64,000 nt of DNA, taken from Eledone cirrhosa (Eukaryota). The DNA lies in NCBI GenBank assembly GCA_964016885.1, contig CAXHJY010000184.1:496001-560000 (forward strand), given 5' to 3'. This document shows positions 54,851 to 64,000 of the stretch, in pieces. Made by a program: the position numbers and the translations under genes. Within the stretch, counting starts at the first letter, position 1. Each line of letters begins with the position of its first letter. Under the pieces are notes generated by a model. That model made no database searches. It had not been told where the DNA came from and saw only the letters and a program-made list of their open reading frames with translations.

Positions 54851-57800
54851 TAGTCTTTCCCAATCACTACAGGACTATAGTCTTTCCCAGTCACTACAGG
54901 ACTATAGTCTTTCCCAGTCACTACAGGACTATAGTCTTTCCCAATCACTACAGGACTATAGTCTTTCCCAGTCACTACAGGACTATAGTCTTTCCCAGTC
55001 ACTACAGGACTATAGTCTTTCCCAGTCACTACAGGACTATAGTCTTTCCGAGTCACTACAGGACTATAGTCTTTCCCAGACACTACAGGACTATAGTCTT
55101 TCCCAGTCACTACAGGACTATAGTCTTTCCCAGTCACTACAGGACTATAGTCTTTCCCAGTCACTACAGGACTATAGTCCTTCCCAGTCGCTACAGGACT
55201 ATAGTCTTTCCCAATCACTACAGGACTATAGTCTTTCCCAGTCACTACAGGACTATAGTCTTTCCCAATCACTACAGGACTATAGTCTTTCCCAGTCACT
55301 ACAGGACTACATTCTTTCCCGGTCACTACAGGACTATAGTCCTTCCCAGTCACTACAGGACTATAGTCTTTCCCAATCACCACAGGACTATAGTCTTTCC
55401 CAGTCACTACAGGACTATAGTCTTTCCCAATCACTACAGGACTATAGTATTTCCCAGTGACTACAGGACTATAGTCTTTCCCAGTCACTACAGGACTATA
55501 GTCTTTCCCAGTCACTACAGGACTATAGTCTTTCCCAGTCACTACAGGACTATAGTCTTTTCCAATCACTACAGGACTACATTCTTTCCCAGTCACTACA
55601 GGACTATAGTCTTTCCCAGTCACTACAGGACTATAGTCTTTCCCAGTCACTACAGGACTATAGTCTTTCCCAGTCACTACAGGACTATAGTCTTTTCCAA
55701 TCACTACAGGACTACATTCTTTCCCAGTCACTACAGGACTATAGTCTTTCCCAGTCACTACAGGACTATAGTCTTTCCCAGTCACTACAGGACTATAGTC
55801 TTTCCCAGTCACTACAGGACTATAGTTTTTCCCAGTCACTACAGGACTATAGTCTTTCCCAATCACTACAGGACTATAGTCTTTCCCAATCACTACAGGA
55901 CTATAGTCTTTCCCAATCACTACAAGACTATAGTCTTTCCCAGTCACTACAGGACTATAGTCTTTCCCAATCACTACAGGACTATAGTCTTTCCCAATCA
56001 CTACAGGACTATAGTCTTTCCCAGTCACTACAGGACTATAGTCTTTCCCAGTCACTACAGGACTATAGTCTTTCCCAGTCACTACAGGACTATAGTCTTT
56101 CCCAGTCACTACAAGACTATAGTCTTTCCCAATCACTACAGGACTATAGTCTTTCCCAATCACTACAGGACTATAGTCTTTCCCAGTCACTACAGGACTA
56201 TAGTCTTTCCCAGTCACTACAGGACTATAGACTTTCCCAGTCACTACAGGACTATAGTCTTTCCCAATCACTACAGGACTATAGTCTTTCCCAGTCACTA
56301 CAGGACTACATTCTTTCCCAGTCACTACAGGACTATAGTCTTTCCCAGTCACTACAGGACTATAGTCTTTCCCAGTCACTACAGGACTATAGACTTTCCC
56401 AATCACTACAAGACTATAGTCTTTCCCAGTCACTACAGGACTATAGTCTTTCCCAGTCACTACAGGACTATAGTCTTTCCCAGTCACTACAGGACTATAG
56501 TCTTTCCCAGTCACTACAGGACTATAGTCTTTCCCAGTCACTACAGGACTATAGTCTTTCCCAGTCACTACAGGACTATAGTCTTTCCCAGTCACTACAG
56601 GACTATAGTATTTCCCAGTCACTACAGGACTATAGTCTTTCCCAGTCACTACAGGACTATAGTCTTTCCCAGTCACTACAGGGCTATAGTCTTTCCCAGT
56701 CACTACAGGACTACAGTCTTTCCCAGTCACTACAGGACTATAGTCTTTCCCAGTCACTACAGGACTATAGTCTTTCGCAGTCACTACAGGACTATAGTCT
56801 TTCCCAATCACTACAGGACTATAGTCTTTCCCAATCACTACAGGACTATAGTCTTTCCCAGTCACTGCAGGACTATAGTCTTTCCCAATCACTACAGGAC
56901 TATAGTCTTTCCCAATCACTACAGGACTATAGTCTTTCCCAGTCACTACAAGACTATAGTCTTTCCCAATCACTACAGGACTATAGTCTTTCCCAATCAC
57001 TACAGGACTATAGTCTTTCCCAGTCACTACAGGACTATAGTCTTTCCCAGTCACTACAGGACTATAGTATTTCCCAGTCACTACAGGACTATAGTCTTTC
57101 CCAGTCACTACAGGACTATAGTCTTTCCCAGTCACTACAGGGCTATAGTCTTTCCCAGTCACTACATGACTACAGACTTTCCCAGTCACTACAGGACTAT
57201 AGTCTTTCCCAGTCACTACAGGACTATAGTCTTTCCCAGTCACTACAGGACTATAGTCTTTCCCAATCACTACAGGACTATAGTCTTTCCCAGTCACTAC
57301 AGGTCTATAGTCTTTCCCAGTCACTACAAGACTATAGTCTTTCCCAGTCACTACAGGATTATAGTCTTTCCCAATCACTACAGGACTATAGTCTTTCCCA
57401 GTCACTACAGGACTATAGTCTTTCCCAGTCACTACAGGACTATAGTCTTTCCCAATCACTACAGGACTATAGTCTTTCCCAGTCACTACAGGACTATAGT
57501 CTTTCCCAGTCACTACAGGACTATAGTCTTTCCCAGTCACTACAGGACTATAGTCTTTCCCAGTCACTACAGGACTATAGTCTTTCCCAGTCACTACAGG
57601 ACTATAGTCTTTCCGAATCACTACAGGACTATAGTCTTTCCCAGTCACTACAGGACTATAGTCTTTCCCAGTCACTACAAGACTATAGTCTTTCCCAGTC
57701 ACTACAGGACTATAGTCTTTCCCAATCACTACAGGACTATAGTCTTTCCCAGTCACTACAGGACTATAGTCTTTCCCAGTCACTACAGGACTATAGTCTT

Positions 57801-60800
57801 TCCCAGTCACTACAGGACTATAGTCTTTCCCAGTCACTACAGGACTATAGTCTTTCCCAGTCACTACAGGACTATAGTCTTTCCCAGTCACTACAAGACT
57901 ATAGTCTTTCCCAATCACTACAGGACTATAGTCTTTCCCAATCACTACAGGACTATAGTCTTTCCCAATCACTACAGCACTATAGTCTTTCCCAGTCACT
58001 ACAGGACTATAGTCTTTCCCAGTCACTACAGGACTATAGTCTTTCCCAGTCACTACAAGACTATAGTCTTTCCCAATCACTACAGGACTATAGTCTTTCC
58101 CAGTCACTACAGGACTATAGTCTTTCCCAGTCACTACAAGACTATAGTCTTTCCCAATCACTACAGGACTATAGTCTTTCCCAATCACTACAGGACTATA
58201 GTCTTTCCCAGTCACTACAGGACTATAGTCTTTCCCAGTCACTACAGGACTATAGTATTTCCCAGTCACTACAGGACTATAGTCTTTCCCAGTCACTACA
58301 GGACTATAGTCTTTCCCAGTCACTACAGGGCTATAGTCTTTCCCAGTCACTACATGACTACAGACTTTACCAGTCACTACAGGACTATAGTCTTTCCCAG
58401 TCACTACAGGACTATAGTCTTTCCCAGTCACTACAGGACTATAGTCTTTCCCAATCACTACAGGACTATAGTCTTTCCCAGTCACTACAGGACTATAGTC
58501 TTTCCCAGTCACTACAAGACTATAGTCTTTCCCAGTCACTACAGGATTATAGTCTTTCCCAATCACTACAGGACTATAGTCTTTCCCAGTCACTACAGGA
58601 CTATAGTCTTTCCCAGTCACTACAGGACTATAGTCTTTCCCAATCACTACAGGACTATAGTCTTTCCCAATCACTACAGGACTATAGTCTTTCCCAGTCA
58701 CTACAGGACTATAGTCTTTCCCAATCACTACAGGACTATAGTCTTTCCCAGTCACTACAGGACTATAGTCTTTCCCAATCACTACAGGACTATAGTCTTT
58801 CCCAGTCACTACAGGACTACATTCTTTCACAGTCACTACAGGACTATAGTCTTTCCCAGTCACTACAGGACTATAGACTTTCCCAATCACTACAAGACTA
58901 TAGTCTTTCCCAGTCACTACAGGACTATAGTATTTCCCAGTCACTACAGGACTATAGTCTTTCCCAGTCACTACAGGACTATAGTCTTTCCCAGTCACTA
59001 CAGGACTATAGTCTTTCCCAGTCACTACAGGACTATAGTCTTTCCCAGTCACTACAGGACTATAGTCTTTCCCAGTCACTACAAGACTATAGTCTTTCCC
59101 AATCACTACAGGACTATAGTCTTTCCCAATCACTACAGGACTATAGTCTTTCCCAATCACTACAGGACTATAGTCTTTCCCAGTCACTACAGGACTATAG
59201 TCTTTCCCAGTCACTACAGGACTATAGTCTTTCCCAGTCACTACAAGACTATAGTCTTTCCCAATCACTACAGGACTATAGTCTTTCCCAGTCACTACAG
59301 GACTATAGTCTTTCCCAATCACTACAGGACTATAGTCTTTCCCAGTCACTACAGGACTATAGACTTTCCCAATCACTACAAGACTATAGTCTTTCCCAGT
59401 CACTACAGGACTATAGTTTTTCCCAGTCACTACAGGACTATAGTCTTTCCCAATCACTACAGGACTATAGTCTTTCCCAATCACTACAGGACTATAGTCT
59501 TTCCAAGTCACTACAGGACTATAGTCTTTCCCAGTCACTACAGGACTATAGTCTTTCCCAGTCACTACAGGACTATAGTCTTTCCCAATCACTACAGGAC
59601 TATAGTCTTTCCCAGTCACTACAGGACTATTGTCTTTCCCAGTCACTACAGGACTATAGTCTTTCCCAGTCACTACAGGACTATAGTCTTTCCCAGTCAC
59701 TACAGGACTATAGTCTTTCCCAGTCACTACAGGACTATAGTCTTTCCCAATCACTACAGGACTATAGTCTTTCTCAGTCACTACAGGACTATAGTCTTTC
59801 CCAGTCACTACAGGACTATAGTCTTTCCCAGTCACTACAGGACTATAGTCCTTCCCAGTCACTACAGGACTATAATCTTTCCCAATCACTACAGGACTAT
59901 AGTCTTTCCCAGTCACTACAGGACTATAGTCTTTCCCAGTCACTACAGGACTATAGTCTTTCCCAGTCACTACAGGACTATAGTCTTTCCCAATCACTAC
60001 AAGACTATAGTCTTTCCGAGTCACTACAGGACTATAGTCTTTCCCAATCACTACAAGACGATAGTCTTTCCCAGTCACTACAGGACTATAGTCTTTACCA
60101 GTCACTACAAGACGATAGTCTTTCCCAATCACTACAGGACTATAGTCTTTCCCAGTCACTACAGGACTATAGTCTCTCCCAGTCACTACAGGACTATAGT
60201 CTTTCCCAGTCACTACAGGACTATAGTCTTTCCCAATCACTACAGGACTATAGTCTTTCCCAATCACTACAGGACTATAGTCTTTCCCAGTCACTACAGG
60301 ACTATAGTCTTTCCCAATCACTACAGGACTATAGTCTTTCCCAGTCACTACAGGACTATAGTCTTTCCCAATCACCACAGGACTATAGTCTTTCCCAATC
60401 ACTACAAGACTGTAGTCTTTCCCAGTCACTACAGGACTATAGTCTTTCCCAATCACTACAGGACTATAGTCTTTCCCAGTCACTACAGGACTATAGTCTT
60501 TCCCAGTCACTACAGGACTATAGTCTTTCCCAGTCACTACAGGACTATAGTCTTTCCCAATCACTACAGGACTATAGTCTTTCCCAGTCACTACAGGACT
60601 ATAGTCTTTCCCAGTCACTACAGGACTATAGTTTTTCCCAGTCACTACAGGACTATAGTCTTTACCAATCACTACAGGACTATAGTCTTTCCCAATCACT
60701 ACAGGACTATAGTCTTTCCCAATCACTACAAGACTATAGTCTTTCCCAGTCACTACAGGACTATAGTCTTTCCCAATCACTACAGGACTATAGTCTTTCC

Positions 60801-61090
60801 CAGTCACTACAGGACTATAGTCTTTCCCAGTCACTACAGGACTATAGTCTTTCCCAGTCACTACAGGACTACATTCTTTCCCAGTCACTACAGGACTATA
60901 GTCTTTCCCAATCACTACAGGACTATAGTCTTTCCCAGTCACTACAGGACTATAGTCTTTCCCAGTCACTACAGGACTATAGTCTTTCCCAATCACTACA
61001 GGAGTATAGTCTTTCCCAGTCACTACAGGACTATTGTCTTTCCCAGTCACTACAGGACTATAGTCTTTCCCAGTCACTACAGGACTATAG
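54339..61090. repeat. Copy 2 of the segmental duplication of about 6.8 kb (partner about 42151-48930)
   Basis: Carries the same ordered variant series as copy 1. The offset drifts between about 12160 and 12242 through gain or loss of whole monomers and two single-base indels private to copy 1. Confidence 0.9.
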
Positions 61091-62415
61091 TCTTTCCCAG
61101 TCACTACAGGACTATAGTCTTTCCCAGTCACTACAGGACTATAGTCTTTCTCAGTCACTACAGGACTATAGTCTTTCCCAGTCACTACAGGACTATAGTC
61201 TTTCCCAGTCACTACAGGACTATAGTCCTTCCCAGTTACTACAGGACTATAGTCTTTCCCAATCACTACAGGACTATAGTCTTTCCCAGTCACTACAGGA
61301 CTATAGTCTTTCCCAGTCACTACAGGACTATAGTCTTTCCCAGTCACTACAGGACTATAGTCTTTCCTAATCACTACAAGACTATAGTCTTTCCCAGTCA
61401 CTACAGGACTATAGTCTTTCCCAGTCACTACAAGACTATAGTCTTTCCCAATCACTACAGGACTATAGTCTTTCCCAGTCACTACAGGACTATAGTCTCT
61501 CCCAGTCACTACAGGACTATAGTCTTTCCCAGTCACTACAGGACTATAGTCTTTCCCAATCACTACAGGACTATAGTCTTTCCCAATCACTACAGGACTA
61601 TAGTCTTTCCCAGTCACTACAGGACTATAGTCTTTCCCAATCACTACAGGACTATAGTCTTTCCCAGTCACTACAGGACTATAGTCTTTCCCAATCACTA
61701 CAGGACTATAGTCTTTCCCAGTCACTACAGGACTATAGTCTTTCCCAATCACCACAGGACTATAGTCTTTCCCAATCACTACTAGACTGTAGTCTTTCCC
61801 AGTCACTACAGGACTATAGTCTTTCCCAATCACTACAGGACTATAGTCTTTCCCAGTCACTACAGGACTATAGTCTCTCCCAGTCACTACAGGACTATAG
61901 TCTTTCCCAGTCACTACAGGACTATAGTCTTTCCCAGTCACTACAGGACTATAGTCTTTCCCAGTCACTACAGGACTATAGTCTTTCCCAATCACTACAG
62001 GACTATAGTCTTTCCCAATCACCACAGGACTATAGTCTTTCCCAATCACTACAGGACTATAGTCTTTCCCAGTCACTACAGGACTATAGTCTTTCCCAGT
62101 CACTACAGGACTATAGTCTTTCCCAGTCACTACAGGACTATAGTCTTTCGCAGTCACTACAGGACTATAGTATTTCCCAGTCACTACAGGACTATAGTCT
62201 TTCCCAGTCACTACAGGACTATAGTCTTTCCCAGTCACTACAGAGCTATAGTCTTTCCCAGTCACTACAGGACTACAGTCTTTCCCAGTCACTACAGGAC
62301 TATAGTCTTTCCCAGTCACTACAGGACTATAGTCTTTCCCAATCACTACAGGACTACATTCTTTCCCAGTCACTACTGGACTATAGTCTTTCCCAGTCAC
62401 TACAAGACTATAGTC

Positions 62416-64000
62416 TTTCCCAGTCAGTCACTACAGGACTATAGTCTTTCCCAGTCACTACAGGACTATAGTCTTTCCCAGTCACTACAGGACTATAGTC
62501 TTTCCCAGTCACTACAGGACTATAGTCTTTCCCAATCACTACAGGACTATAGTCTTTCCCAGTCACTACAGGACTATAGTCTTTCCCAGTCACTACAGGA
62601 CTATAGTCTTTCCCAGTCACTACAGGACTATAGTCTTTCCCAATCACTACAAGACTATAGTCTTTCCCAGTCACTACAGGACTATAGTCTTTCCCAGTCA
62701 CTACAAGACTATAGTCTTTCCCATTCACTACAGGACTATAGTCTTTCCCAGTCACTACAGGACTATAGTCTCTCCCAGTCACTACAGGACTATAGTCTTT
62801 CCCAGTCACTACAGGACTATAGTCTTTCCCAATCACTACAGGACTATAGTCTTTCCCAATCACTACAGGACTATAGTCTTTCCCAGTCACTACAGGACTA
62901 TAGTCTTTCCCAATCACTACAGGACTATAGTCTTTCCCAGTCACTACAGGACTATAGTCTTTCCCAATCACTACAGGACTATAGTCTTTCCCAGTCACTA
63001 CAGGACTATAGTCTTTCCCAATCACCACAGGACTATAGTCTTTCCCAATCACTACAAGACTGTAGTCTTTCCCAGTCACTACAGGACTATAGTCTTTCCC
63101 AATCACTACAGGACTATAGTCTTTCCCAGTCACTACAGGACTATAGTCTCTCCCAGTCACTACAGGACTATAGTCTTTCCCAGTCACTACAGGACTATAG
63201 TCTTTCCCAGTCACTACAAGACTATAGTCTTTCCCAGTCACTACAAGACTATAGTCTTTCCCAGTCAGTCACTACAGGACTATAGTCTTTCCCAGTCACT
63301 ACAGGACTATAGTCTTTCCCAGTCACTACAGGACTATAGTCTTTCCCAGTCACTACAGGACTATAGTCTTTCCCAGTCACTACAGGACTATAGTCTTTCC
63401 CAGTCACTACAGGACTATAGTCTTTCCCAATCACTACAGGACTACATTCTTTCCCAGTCACTACAGGACTATAGTCTTTCCCAGTCACTACAGGACTATA
63501 GTCTTTCCCAGTCACTACAGGACTATAGTCTTTCCCAGTCACTACAGGACTATAGTTTTTCCCAGTCACTACAGGACTATAGTCTTTCCCAATCACTACA
63601 GGACTATAGTCTTTCCCAATCACTACAGGACTATAGTCTTTCCCAATCACTACAAGACTATAGTCTTTCCCAGTCACTACAGGACTATAGTCTTTCCCAA
63701 TCACTACAGGACTATAGTCTTTCCCAGTCACTACAGGACTATAGTCTTTCCCAGTCACTACAGGACTATAGTCTTTCCCAGTCACTACAGGACTACATTC
63801 TTTCCCAGTCACTACAGGACTATAGTCTTTCCCAATCACTACAGGACTATAGTCTTTCCCAGTCACTACAGGACTATAGTCTTTCCCAGTCACTACAGGA
63901 CTATAGTCTTTCCCAGTCACTACAGGACTATAGTCTTTCCCTGTCACTACAGGACTATAGTCTTTCCCAGTCACTACAGGACTATAGTCTTTCCCAGTCA
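62416..64000. repeat. Terminal block with two 4-bp-duplication monomers lacking the T>G change, 841 bp apart
   Basis: TTTCCCAGTCAGTCAC occurs at 62416 and 63257, and 841 = 31x27+4. The intervening segment carries the CTCTCCC/CACCAC/CTGTAG variant set also seen at 50.6-51.0 kb and 61.5-61.9 kb. Confidence 0.85.

Larger units (their letters stand above)
1..64000. repeat. Head-to-tail 27-bp satellite/minisatellite array, consensus TCCCAGTCACTACAGGACTATAGTCTT, about 2,370 monomers, open at both window ends
   Basis: Bases 1-27 give the unit, and the period persists to base 64000. Most monomers differ from consensus by 0-2 substitutions. No inversion or foreign insertion was seen. The three open frames translate to the 9-aa repeats SHYRTIVFP, SQSLQDYSL and KDYSPVVTG. 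Confidence 0.99.

Noticed and set aside
54331-62400. 2689-aa minus-strand ORF of (KDYSPVVTG)n, and the other long ORFs, as repetitive protein genes
   Set aside because: A 27-bp unit with no stop in three frames gives long ORFs automatically. The ORFs overlap on both strands, have no unique N- or C-terminal domain, and mostly start at GTG/TTG inside the repeat. They are broken by about 30 frameshifting indels, many of which were themselves amplified. Common variants are non-synonymous in this frame.
1657-63974. Scarcity of nonsense substitutions in the minus KDYSPVVTG frame as a sign of coding selection
   Set aside because: Only the AAA and TAT codons of this frame are one step from a stop (3 of 81 possible substitutions), and TAA stops do occur at 7581 and 8364. 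Scarcity is expected without selection.
1-64000. CRISPR array (27-bp partly palindromic repeat)
   Set aside because: Repeats abut directly with no unique spacers, and no leader or cas gene is present.
1-64000. Telomerase-made long telomeric repeat, or a rolling-circle/reverse-transcriptase concatemer such as a DRT2-like never-ending ORF or an amplification artefact
   Set aside because: Re-copying one short template would give independent errors per unit. Here rare variants and indels are inherited in ordered multi-kb blocks, which indicates DNA-level duplication. The length also far exceeds the tracts of yeasts with long telomeric units. A subtelomeric location cannot be excluded.

Overview
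The whole 64-kb window is one uninterrupted, single-orientation tandem array of a 27-bp monomer (consensus TCCCAGTCACTACAGGACTATAGTCTT, 12/27 GC, no CpG, about 2,370 copies). There is no unique sequence, no recognisable gene, RNA gene, transposon or CRISPR spacer, and neither array boundary is visible. The long ORFs in the track are by-products of a 27-bp (9-codon) unit that lacks a stop in three of six frames. The real structure lies in the variant monomers. They reveal nested block duplications (periods 189, 1188, 1351, 2052, 2488, 2570, 2621, 3221 bp, about 4.6-5.1 kb, 6106 bp and about 12.2 kb), punctuated by a 31-bp landmark monomer present 22 times, with variants zoned along the array. 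Each monomer carries a 10-bp perfect palindrome inside a 14-bp quasi-palindrome, and the two commonest single-base variants both fall on the monomer's two CAG/CTG sites. This is best read as a young, actively turning-over satellite or very large minisatellite array, probably eukaryotic (inference). I cannot name the family or organism and find no support for a protein-coding system.
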